A stretch of DNA of 64,000 nucleotides from Eledone cirrhosa (lineage: Eukaryota), in assembly GCA_964016885.1 (NCBI GenBank), contig OZ024741.1, positions 409,696,001 through 409,760,000 on the forward strand. The letters run 5' to 3'. The position numbers and the translations under genes are program-made. Below the pieces are notes generated by a model. That model ran no database searches, had not been told where the DNA came from, and saw nothing but the letters and a program-made list of their open reading frames with translations. Positions 1 to 11,500 of the stretch are shown one piece after another. Positions within the stretch are counted from its first letter, which is position 1, and every line of letters begins with the position of its first letter.

Positions 1-145
1 CAGGAATGACATCCAGCTGTAGAAACCAAGCCAGAATCAGTTCTGTATGAGCAAAACACGGTCACCTGACATTGCTGACAACAGGACAACTCGTCTAACC
101 CATGCTAGCATGGAAAAATGGATGTTAAACGATGATGATGATGAT
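1..145 (+). mobile_element. 3' UTR/tail of RTE-type LINE (or RTE-dependent SINE) ending in (GAT)n
   Basis: catccagctgtagaaacc...ctaacccatgctagcatggaaaaatggatgttaaacgatgatgatgat; reverse complement of the tails that follow RTE ORF ends at ~3850-4000 and ~4985-5120. Confidence 0.75.
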
Positions 146-784
146 ATATATACATATGCACAAACGTATACACACACATACTCAATGCAGTGCCCCAGCA
201 TGACCGCGGTCATGTAAAAAGAAATCAAATAATTATCTTCCTAACAGAAGTTATCTCCCTTGCATCAACCAATTCTCCTGCATCTTAAGTTTTCACTGAG
301 TCAACAATAAAGTCCTTCATATGGACTGTCTGATCTGCTAGAAATAACAGGCAAATATCCCTCAATCATACGTTATTAAAGTAGTACGTAGACGTCATTA
401 TGACTGATAGTTGCACTCCGCGGATAGTTTATGGGAATACTAGGTAGAAGTCATATCAGCTCCACGATCAAAGGCGGCTCCATCCATGACCATCACGTCT
501 TTCTAGAAATATTTTGTCTAATGTGACATTCCTTTATTATTTTTTTATTATATTGGGCAGTGGATTAGCAGAATCGGTAGAGTGTCGGACATGTGTTGTG
601 GCATTGAGTTACGGTTCTTTCTCAGTTAAAACCTTAGCCACATACGATGGAGATTACGATTGTTTGATAGAATTTAAAAGGAAAGTTTTTTTTTATTTGT
701 TTGTTTTCCCCTCTACCTTGTAGAAATAACATTACTTCCCTATATAAAATCTATGACATTATCTTGCTTGTTATTACCTTTACA

Positions 785-938
785 TTCTCAGTTCAAATCC
801 CACTGAGGTTAGCTTTGCCTTTCATCTTTACTGGGGTCGATAAAATAAAGTTCCAGTAACAAACTAGGAGTTGATATAATTAACTTTCCCCTCCCCTTCA
901 AATTGCTGGCCTTGTGCCTAAATCAGAAACTATTAGTT
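785..938 (+). mobile_element. tRNA-derived SINE (family A), 5'-truncated
   Basis: gttcaaatccc B-box, gcctttcatc..ggggtcgataaaataaag core, ggccttgtgcc tail; more than 10 copies in window. Confidence 0.8.
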
Positions 939-1479
939 GATGAATTAATGTCCCAGATGCTGACAAAACATATAACCTTCACTAACCTACAACATAAATT
1001 GAAAATATTCAGTTAATTAAAACATTAACGGACAGAATTATAAAATAATGTAATTTTTAAAACATTTCATCAACATAATTGTTATCAACATTATATAAAA
1101 CATTTCATCAACATAATTGTTATCAACATTATATAAAGGCCAGCAATTATCCAGTTTAATAATATACATTATTAATAAAGTTATGGGGAAACGAAGTGAG
1201 TCGGGTCACTTGTAAATATGTCAACTACTTAAAATGCTGTTATACAATACTGTCGTTTAAGACGATGTGGTTTATATAACATTAACTTGGCTGTGAACGT
1301 AATGAGTATCCCTTCTTCTCTAGATATAAACATCTCTCACTCTCTCTCTCTTGTTCATTATTACCATCATATAACAATCTGGGAGATGAATGACTGTAAT
1401 TAGGATCCACCGTATAATCCCATTAAACAAAAGAGGTCCATGGAGATAACCCCAGCTAGGGCAGTGGTGAATTGTTCAG

Positions 1480-1935
1480 AAGTGATGGGAAAAGACCTGA
1501 CGACCTTACCCTGTGCCCCTGGTCGAGAGACAGATACTTTGCTGGGACGTCACAGTTGGTGACTTATTCGTTTGTTCTCACATTCTGGATGCTGCAGTTA
1601 GGGCGAGGGCCACAGCTTCCGCAGCCGAACGGAACAAAATCCTAAAATACTGTGATCTGTCGGCTAACTACATTTTCCAGCCTGTGGTGTTAGGGACGTT
1701 AGGGGGAGTCGGGCTACTGACTGCAAGGTTCCTATCTTCACTGGCGGTTCGCCTAACCGAGGTAACTGGTGATGATCGTGAGAGCACTTCGTTTTTCCAG
1801 CACCTCAGCCTCGCCATCATCCGAGGTAACGCTGCGAGCGTGCTCGCTTGCCTAAAAATTCATTAGAGGTTTCCCAGTGCTCCTCTGACAGCAGTTCGTT
1901 TGTCCACCCCTTTCGCCTGCCTTTTGTATGTTCCT
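1480..1935 (+). mobile_element. 3' fragment of CRE-clade non-LTR retrotransposon (RLE domain)
   Basis: KRPDDLTLCP/WDVTV...AAERNKILKY...FQPV...LSLAIIRGNA, homologous to the C-terminus of the element at 46.8-50.2 kb; frameshifted. Confidence 0.85.
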
Positions 1936-2144
1936 AGATGTGTGTGTTTATTGTTGCTTTTCTTTTCTCCTTTTCCTTTCTTTTTTGTTTCTGTTTTCCC
2001 TCTCCCTTTTCTTTATATAAATTGTGTTTGTTTGTAAATAAAATAACATAGTCATCAATATATTTAAAATTAATTGTAAAACTAAACAGGTGGGGGTTAA
2101 CTTGATTGTGGCTAGGGTCCCCCAACTTAAATTATTTGCAACTA

Positions 2145-2357
2145 AAATGGTGTCTAATTCAGGCACGAGGCCAGCAATTTCAATAGAAGGGAAAGTAAAT
2201 TAAACTGACCTCGGTACGTCAGTGGTACTTTATTTTGTCGACCCCGTAAGGATGAAAAGCAAAGCAAACTTCGGCGGGGAACACAGAACATAAATACATA
2301 ACTATGTCACAAAGCATGCTGTCCGTCGCTCTACCGATTACTGTCAATCCACCGCCC
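2145..2357 (-). mobile_element. tRNA-derived SINE (family A)
   Basis: reverse complement of ggcggtggatt..cggtagagc head, core and ggcc..gtgcc tail. Confidence 0.8.
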
Positions 2358-2493
2358 ATAACTATCCAACTATCCCAGACAAACATTTCTGCCAGGGGTC
2401 CCCTGTAAGCTTTAATCCGCCGCTAGCTTAAGGTCTACCTTCAAACAAAAGGAAAGTTTATGTACTTGAAAGAAAAGGAAATCTGATTCTTAC

Positions 2494-2687
2494 CTGGTGT
2501 TAAAATGTTGCCAATTGTCTTTCAAAGTTCCAGTATCAATTGTAACAGAGAGGAACCGGGAAGATATATTGTGTAAAACGATGTGAGGAAAGACCAGGAC
2601 GGAAACTGTTGTTGGTGGTGTTTTGGTAGAGGCAAATATTAGAAAATACAACAACTGGAAGAAGAATAAAGTAATTGGAGGAGACAT
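2494..2687 (-). CDS. HPSE: first coding exon of a heparanase-like (glycoside hydrolase family 79) gene
   Basis: MSPPITLFFFQLLYFLIFAS signal-peptide-like start, then VLHNISSRFLSVTIDTG, resembling the heparanase N-terminal motif (human LHLVSPSFLSVTIDA). Ends at a canonical CAG|GTAAG donor (phase 2). Further exons not found in window. Confidence 0.7.
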
Positions 2688-3004
2688 TGCTGTTATTGAG
2701 AGGGCGGTGTCTGTGGAAATTGTGAGGCTTATCACGGGATATCCGGTCTAATATGTAAACCTGATATGTCGTGACGAACATGCATACACTTTAACATGTG
2801 TGTGTGTCTATATATAGAGAGAGATATGTGTTTGTGTGCATATGTATATATATATGTATGTATGTATATATATATATAAAATAAAGATAACATGTCGAAG
2901 TTTCACATGTTCACATAAATAAGATAAGACCACTACGGGTGCTTCACAGATGATTGGCTCAAAGTTCATATTTGTTTAGACCAATTAACTACTAAATAAC
3001 CTGC

Positions 3005-3188
3005 GATTGGCAGTATCGGTAGAGGGTCGGACGCCATGCTTTGCAGCACAGTTATGTCCCTTTACGGACTGAGTTCAAATCCCGCCGAGGTTAACTTTGC
3101 CTTTCATCCTTATGGGGTCGATAAAATAAAGTACCAGTAATACACTGGGTTAATTGGTGACCTTGTGCCAAAAGTAGAAACAATTATA
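3005..3188 (+). mobile_element. tRNA-derived SINE (family A)
   Basis: gattggcagtatcggtagagggtcggac head, gttcaaatccc B-box, core, gtagaaacaatta tail. Confidence 0.85.
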
Positions 3189-3206
3189 TATATATATATA
3201 TATATA

Positions 3207-3355
3207 TACGATGGTCGACTGAAAAGTTCATAGGTCGACTATGAAGAATTGATGCTAGAGCTGTGAAATCTTGCATGCATTAATGTTGAAAAAGGATAAA
3301 TAAATCTTATTCGGTCATTCCATGAGAATAAGTTGGTCAATGAACTTTTCAGCCA
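3207..3355. mobile_element. mariner-type MITE remnant
   Basis: TA-flanked tacgatggtcgactgaaaagttcat and partial inverted atgaacttttcagcc, typical of mariner TIRs. Confidence 0.5.
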
Positions 3356-3379
3356 TGGGTTTAGACGGGAAGTGTCCCA

Positions 3380-3835
3380 CTTGAGGCAAGAGTGGTTGTC
3401 TTGCTCGTATAAGACTATCTGGCAGGTTTTCTACGGCTAGATGTCCTTCCTAACACCAACCACGTTTACAGTGTGGACTGGGAGGTTTTTACTGTGTTAC
3501 CTACACGGCCACATTACAGCGTGGACTGTGTTTTTTTTTGTTGTTGTGACACCTACACGACCTCATTTATCTAGGACTGGATGTTGTGGACCCAACATAA
3601 CTTTACAGAGAAAGGGTGGGGGGGATGTATTTTTGGTTAGGAGATGCCTACTGACTGTAGGTTTCGTTTGTACATAGGCAGGGCGGGTCTTCTGTATTAT
3701 TGCGTAGTGCCAAAGATCTCGGTCCAGTGACATTGTCTTAGAGAGGTGTAAGTGTGTAAGGTCGGAATTTATCAAATCATCCCACGTTTTTCTGGGTCTG
3801 CCTACTCCGTAGCTTCCATCAATTTTGATCACCCT
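3380..3835 (-). mobile_element. RTE LINE 3' fragment
   Basis: GVGRPRKTWDDLINSDL...DRDLWHYAI C-terminus plus 3' UTR. Confidence 0.8.
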
Positions 3836-3847
3836 ATATATATATAT

Positions 3848-4958
3848 CATCATCATCATCACCGTTTTACGTCCGTTCTTCCATGCTAGCATGGGTTAGA
3901 CAGGTTGTCCTGTTGTGGGCAGTGTCTGGTCGGCTGACCATGCCTTGCTCATACAGGAACTGATTTGGCTTGATTTCTACAGCTGGATGCCCTTCCTAAC
4001 ACCAACCTCATTTACAGTAAGTGGTGGGTGCTTTTTCGTGGCACCTACACGTCCACTTTACAGTGTGGGCTGGGTGCTTTTTTGCCGTGGCACCTCCACG
4101 ACCACCTTGTGGTGGGGGGGGGGGGGGCATATTGTCTATATGCTTCAGCTTGTACCCATGGGAGGTCAGGTACTCTGTATTACTGCGTGACGCCAGAGGT
4201 CACGGTCGTGTGTCATCGCCTTTGAGAAGTGTAATTGGGTAAGGTCGGCTTTTATCACCTCATCCCAGGTCATCTTGGGTCTCCCCACTCCGCGGTTTCC
4301 ATCGACTTCTAGTGCTCTGCACCTTTTTCTGCAGCTGCCATCCTTCATACGCATCACATGTCCATACCAATGCAACCTCCTCTCCTGCACACAGCATTTG
4401 ATTCCTCTTATACTCAGTCTCTCTCTCAATTCATTTATGCTTTGCCGTTCGCGTATATTACTGTTACACATCCATCGGAGCATGCAGGCTTCGTTTCTCT
4501 CTAATCTACGTAAGTCTTCCACCTTCAGCGCCCAGGTCTCACTACCATGTAACATTGCTGTTCGGATACACGCATCATACAGTCTGCCTTTCATTTTGAG
4601 GGAGAAGCCTTTTGCAGCTAGCAGTGGTAGTAGTTCCCTAAACTTCTTCCATCCCGTTCTTACCCTAGTTATTGTACTTTCTGAACACCCACCTCCGCTG
4701 CTAATTCGGTCACCTAGGTAGCAGAAGCTGTCTACTGTTTCTACAGAGCCCTCCCAGAGATTGGTGGTACTTGTTTCCTGTGGCTGTTTGCTGCTTGCTG
4801 TCCCAGCACAGCTGCTGCATGTGAAGCCTACATTCTTAATTAAGCTTCCTGAGATCCCGCTACATCTCTTGTGTACCCATTGTTTACATTTGGGGCAGAG
4901 AATGGAGTTCCTACCTACACCTTTCCTACATACTGAGCAAGGCCATTTCCCTGAGGGG
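3848..4958 (-). mobile_element. RTE LINE, 5'-truncated (PHD-like Zn finger, post-RT domain, 3' UTR, (GAT)n tail)
   Basis: ORF 4166-4978: GKWPCSVCRKGVGRNSILCPKCKQWVHKRCSG, FCYLGD, LHGSETW, RLHWYGHVMRM, GRPKMTW. Confidence 0.9.
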
Positions 4959-4981
4959 ATATATATATACGCACACATATA

Positions 4982-5785
4982 TCATCATCGCCGTTTAACG
5001 TCCACCTTCCACACTAGCATGGGTTAGTCAGGTTGTCCCATTTGTGGTAGGTTGGGTTTTGCTCATACAGAACTGTTTCTGGCAAGATTTTCACAGCTGG
5101 ATGCTCTTCCTAACACCAACCACATTTACAGTGTGTGCTGGGTGCTTTTTGCTGTGCTCCTACATGACCACTTTACAGTGTGGACTGGGGTCTTTTGTCA
5201 TTGCTCCAGGAAGACCACTTTATGGTGTGGGTTGGGGACTTGGGTGAGGTGGGTGTGGGGAAGATGCCTAGTGAATTATGAACGTAGGTATAGGGGTGGG
5301 ATGATTACAAGGGAGGTGTATGGAAGGTTGATGGTAGGGAAGGTGTTGCATACTAGATATATGCCTCAGCTTGTGTATATGGGAGGGCGAGTCTTCTGTA
5401 ATACTGCATAGATCACAGTCCTATGTCATCGCCTTACCAAGGTGTAATTGTGCAAAGTCAGCTTTTACTACCTCATCCCAAGTCTTCCTAGGCCTGCCCA
5501 CTCCACGGCTACCATCAACTTTGAGCGCTCTGCACCTTTTTATACAGCTGTCATGCTTCATACGCATCACATGTCCAAAACAACACAATCTCCTTTCTAG
5601 CAAACTGCATCTGATCCCTCTTATGCTTAATTTCGCTTTCAGTTCGTAAACGCTTTGCCCATCCATCAAATGGAGGCTTCATTTCTTTCCAATCTTCACA
5701 GGTCCTCCGCACAGTCTGCCTTTCATTTTGAGGGAAAAACCTTTTGTAGTTAGTAACAGTAGTAGCTCCCTGAACTTTCTCCATA
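4982..5785 (-). mobile_element. RTE LINE 3' fragment, degenerate
   Basis: FGHVMRM...GVGRPRKTWDEVVKADF plus 3' UTR and tail; frameshifts. Confidence 0.85.
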
Positions 5786-5844
5786 AAATTTAGTAGTTAG
5801 ATTCCGGTGATATTTACTCAAGTAATCCTGGGTCTCACAGAACA

Positions 5845-6878
5845 CTGTATACTCTATACTCTATATATACACTCTATACTCTATATATACACTCTACACT
5901 CTATATATACACTATACATACACTCTACACTCTATATATACACTCTATACTCTATACATACACTCTACACTCACACTCTATACATACACTCTATACTCTA
6001 TACATACACTCTATACTCTATATATACACTCTATACTCTATATATACACTCTATACTCTATATATACACTCTACACTCTATATATACACTATACATACAC
6101 TCTACACTCTATATATACACTCTATACTCTATACATACACTCTATACTCTATATATACACTCTATACTCTATATATACACTCTACACTCTATATATACAC
6201 TATACATACACTCTACACTCTATATATACACTCTATACTCTATACATACACTCTATACTCTATATATACACTCTATACTCTATATATACACTCTACACTC
6301 TATATATACACTATACATACACTCTATATATACACTCTATACTCTATACATACACTCTATACTCTATATATACACTCTATACTCTATATATACACTCTAT
6401 ACTCTAGATATACACTCTACACTCTATATATACACTATACACTCTATACATACTCTACACACTATATATACACTCTACTCTATACTCTATACACTCTATA
6501 CACTATATATACACTGTATACTCTATATATACACTCTATACTCTATATATATATACACTCTACACTCTATATATACACTCTATACTCTATACACTATATA
6601 TATACACTCTACACACTATATATACACTCCATACTCTATATATACACTCCATACTCTATATATACACTCTACACACTATATATACACTCTACACTCTATA
6701 TATACACTATATATACACTCTATACACTATATATACACTACACTCTATATACACACTATATATACACTCTATACTCTATATATACACTCTATACTATATA
6801 TACACTCTACACTATATATACACTACACTCTATATACACACTATATATACACTCTATACTCTATATATACACTCTATA
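5845..6878. repeat. low-complexity minisatellite of tatatacactc/tatactc variants
   Basis: ~1 kb of 7-18 bp units built from TA, CAC and CTC. Confidence 0.9.
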
Positions 6879-6879
6879 T

Positions 6880-7000
6880 GATGTTGTCCAAGGGAAAGGC
6901 AATGGCCAATACAGCTTGGCACCAGTGATGTCACAACTCTACAGCTGCGTAAACTGGAGCAATGTGAAATAGAGTGTCTTGCTCAAGGACACAATGCATA
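6880..7000 (-). mobile_element. tRNA-derived SINE (family B) fragment
   Basis: reverse complement of tgtgtccttgagcaagacact..tttcacattgctccagttta core seen at ~7810-7860. Confidence 0.65.
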
Positions 7001-7296
7001 TATAAGGTAGATTATATAAATTTAAGCCGAGGAAGCTCAACCTGATGATGTTTATGCTATAAATTGATGATACAACAATATAAAACAGCTCTACTGTAAT
7101 CTACATCAAGATTGGTAAAAGGCAGTGGTTGATAAATAAAGTTCTTTTTTTATTTTCTGGTGATTCTGGTGATTTATTTACAAAGGAATTAAATGCCGCC
7201 TTCTTCTGTAGTTGAATTAAACATGTAAATCAATTAAATAATGTAATGATGTATTGAATCTTGGTGATTGTTATTGTCTCAGATATATATATATAG

Positions 7297-7445
7297 GGAG
7301 AGAAGACTGCGATGGTATGGGCATGTGATGCGCATGGAGGAGATGACGAAAGACCGTGACAAGTGGAGAGATGCTGTGCTGAATAGGACCCGTCCCACCC
7401 TTGCAAGCAGGGAAAAGCGGACGTAAAATGATGATGATGATGATA
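7297..7445 (+). mobile_element. RTE LINE 3' end (family of the 52.8-55.8 kb element), internally deleted
   Basis: RERRLRWYGHVMRME...DRDKWRDAVLNRTR, cccttgcaagca..gaaaagcggacgtaaaatgatgat tail. Confidence 0.8.
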
Positions 7446-7729
7446 TATATAGATATATATCTATGTATGTGTATATATATGTATATATTTATTTATGTAT
7501 ATATCTAGATATCTAGATATATATCTATGTATGTATATCATCATCATCATCAGTTAACATCCATCTTCCACGCTAGCATGAGTTAGACGGGTCCCATTTA
7601 GAGGCAAATTAGATCAGGTGACCATGTCTCATTCATATAGGAGTGTTTCTGGTTGGTTTTCTACGGCTGGATGTCCTTCCTAATGCCAACCAGATTGACA
7701 GTGGGCTGGATGTTTTGTAGGACCAGCAT

Positions 7730-7875
7730 GGAGGCACATGGCTTAGTGGTTAGAGCATTGGCCTTGCAATCGAAAGGTTGTGAGTTCAATTGCTCAGACC
7801 GGGTGATGTGTTGTGTCCTTGAGCAAGACACTTTATTTCACATTGCTCCAGTTTACTCAGCTGTAGAAATGACAT
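7730..7875 (+). mobile_element. tRNA-derived SINE (family B)
   Basis: tggcttagtggttagagc A-box, gagttcaatt B-box, CORE-like tgtgtccttgagcaagacac. Confidence 0.75.
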
Positions 7876-8596
7876 GATAGGGACTGGGGTCCATATCATT
7901 CCACTGAAAAGTGGTCATGGAGGTGCCACGGCAAAAAAGCACCCAGCACTCACTGTAAATGAGGTTGGTGTTAGGAAGGGCATCCAGCTGTAGAAATCAA
8001 GCCAGAATCAGTTCCCGTCCCACCCTTGCAAGCAGGGAAAAACGGACGTATGATGATGATGATGATGATATATAATAATGAGTTGACGGACCTAGCATAT
8101 TTATCAATGCCAGTACCGTTTGTATCTCAGCGTACTCAATAGGCAATGTAGGATACATTCCCAGAGTACACACAGTTATTTGCTTCAATACAACACACGT
8201 AAAACGGGTGCCTCTAATAGTTCCCGGACTCGAGTTTCAGCCGCACTTTATGCAGCATTAAGGTGCACTGAACCATCCGTCTGCATATATTATGCAACAA
8301 TGCACAATCGGCTTATGTGGCTTCATCAGCAGGTATCACCTAATCAATAACCAATCAATCGACAGAATCCAAACCCCAGCCCATGACTGTTTGTGACAAC
8401 CGACACGGTAAAGCGACTAGGAACTGGAACCCGATACAACTCTGTCCCCCGACTAGCCACCGATTTACAAATTATCAAGAGGTGAAAGGATGGTTATTAG
8501 AAATAGCAGTCCACATCGATGTATATATACATGCACACATCATGATAATGATATACACTTATAAATATATCTGCGTTCATGCACATATATATATAT

Positions 8597-11500
8597 CAGC
8601 AACCTCGTCGTTTAACATCCATCATTCATGGGTAGGATGGATTGACCCTTATGGAAAAAACAGGTCAGAGGACCATGTTTAGCTCACCCAGGAGCAGATT
8701 TTGGCTTGGTTTCTACAGCTGGGTACCCTTCCTACTGCCAACCGCATTTAGTGTGTACTGGATGCTTTATGTCGTGTCACCTACACGACCACATTACGGT
8801 GTGGACTGAGGACCTTTGTCTTGTCACCTACACGACCACATTACGGTGTGGACTGAGGACCTTTGTCTTGTCACTTACACGACCACTTTACAGTGTGGAC
8901 TGAAGACCTTTGTCATGTCACTTACATGACCACTTTACAGTGTGGACTGAGGACCTTTGTCATGTCACCTACATGACCACTTTACAGTGTGGACTGAAGA
9001 CCTTTGTCATGTCACCGACACGACCACTTTACAGTGTGGACTGAGGACCTTTGTCATGTCACCTACATGACCACTTTACAGTGTGGACTGAGGACCTTTG
9101 TCATGTCACCTACATGACCACTTTACAGTGTGGACTGAGGACCTTTGTCATGTCACCTACATGACCACTTTACAGTGTGGACTGAGGACCTTTGTCATGT
9201 CACCTACATGACCACTTTACAGTGTGGACTGAGGACCTTTGTCATGTCACCTACATGACCACTTTACAGTGTAGACTGAGGACCTTTGTCATGTCACCTA
9301 CATGACCACTTTACAGTGTGGACTGAGGACCTTTGTCATGTCACCTACATGACCACTTTACAGTGTGGACTGAGGACCTTTGTCATGTCACCTACATGAC
9401 CACTTTACAGTGTGGACTGAGGACCTTTGTCATGTCACCTACATGACCACTTTACAGTGTGGACTGAGGACCTTTGTCATGTCACCTACATGACCACTTT
9501 ACAGTGTGGACTGAAGACCTTTGTCATGTCACTGACACGACCACTTTACAGTGTGGACTGAGGACCTTTGTCATGTCACCTACATGACCACTTTACAGTG
9601 TGGACTGAGGACCTTTGTCATGTCACCGACACGACCACTTTACAGTGTGGACTCAGGACCTTTGTCATGTCACCAACACGACCACTTTACAGTGTGGAAT
9701 GAGGACCTTTGTCATGTCACCGACATGACCACTTTACAGTGTGGACTGAGGACCTTTGTCATGTCACCGACATGACCACTTTACAGTGTGGACTGAGGAC
9801 CTTTCTCATGTCACCGACATGGCCACTTTACAGTGTGGACTGAGGACCTTTGTCATGTCACCGACACGACCACTTTACAGTGTGGACTGAGGACCTTTGT
9901 CATGTCACCTACATGACCACTTTACAGTTGGACTGAGGACCTTTGTCATGTCACCGACACGACCACTTTACAGTGTGGACTGAGGACCTTTGTCATGTTA
10001 CCTACATGACCACTTTACAGTGTGGACTGAGGACCTTTGTCATGTCACCTACATGACCACTTTACAGTGTGGACTGAGGACCTTTGTCATGTCACCTACA
10101 TGACCACTTTACAGTGTGGACTGAGGACCTTTGTCATGTCACCGACATGACCACTTTAGTGTGGACTGAGGACCTTTGTCATGGCACCAGCATGACCACT
10201 TTACAGTGGGGCCTGGACACCTTTGTCATGTCACCAACATGACCACTTTACAGTGGGGCCTGGACACCTTTGTCATGTCACCAACATGACCATTTTACAG
10301 TGGAGCCTGGACACCTTTGTCATGTCACCAACATGACCACTTTACAGTGGGGCCTGGACACCTTTGTCATGTCACCAACATGACCACTTTACAGTGGGGC
10401 CTGGACACCTTTGTCATGTCACCTACACGATCACTTACAGGGTGGACTGAGGACCTTTGTCATGTCACCAGCATGACCACTTTACAGTGTGGACTGAGGA
10501 CCTTTGTCATGTCACCAGCATGACCACTTTACAGTGTGGACTGAGGACCTTTGTCATGTCACCTACATGACCACTTTACAGTGTGGACTGAGGACCTTTA
10601 TCATGTCACCGACATAACCACTTTACAGTGTGGACTGAGGACCTTTGTCATGTCACCTACACGACCACTTTACAGTGTGGACTGAGGACCTTTGTCATGT
10701 CACCTACACGACCACTTTACAGTGTGGACTGAGGACCTTTGTCATGTGACCTACATGACCACTTTACAGTGTGGACTGAGGACCTTTGTCATGTCACCGA
10801 CATGACCACTTTACAGTGTGGACTGAGGACCTTTATCATGTCACCTACATGAACACTTTACAGTGTGGACTGAGGACCTTTATCATGTCAACGACATGAC
10901 CACCTTACAGTGTGGACTGAGGACCTTTATCATGTCACCTACATGACCACTTTACAGTGTGGACTGAGGACCTTTGTCATGTCACCTACATGACCACTTT
11001 ACAGTGTGGACTGAGGACCTTTGTCATGTCACCTACATGACCACTTTACAGTGTGGACTGAGGACCTTTGTCATGTCACCATGACCACTTTACAGTGTGG
11101 ACTGAGGACCTTTGTCATGTCACCTACATGACCACTTTACAGTGTGGACTGAGGACCTTTGTCATGTCACCAACATGACCACTTTACAGTGTGGACTGAG
11201 GACCTTTGTCATGTCACCGACACGACCACTTTACAGTGTGGACTGAGGACATTTGTCATGTTACCTACACGACCACTTTACAGTGTGGACTGAGGACCTT
11301 TGTCATGTCACCGACATGACCACTTTACAGTGTGGACTGAGGACCTTTGTCATGTCACCGACACGACCACTTTACAGTGTGGACTGAGGACCTTTGTCGT
11401 GTCACTGACATGACCACTTTACAGTGTGGACTGAGGACCTTTGTCATGTCACTGACACGACCACTTTACAGTGTGGACTGAGGACCTTTGTCATGTCACC

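Noticed and set aside
5807-6928. 373-aa ORF
   Set aside because: Translation of a TA/CAC/CTC minisatellite (YTLYIHS repeats); open only because the repeat lacks stops in that frame
7733-7800. Functional tRNA genes (also ~40560-40625, ~50930-51000 and SINE family A heads)
   Set aside because: Only A/B boxes are retained, with no complete cloverleaf; they continue into SINE bodies
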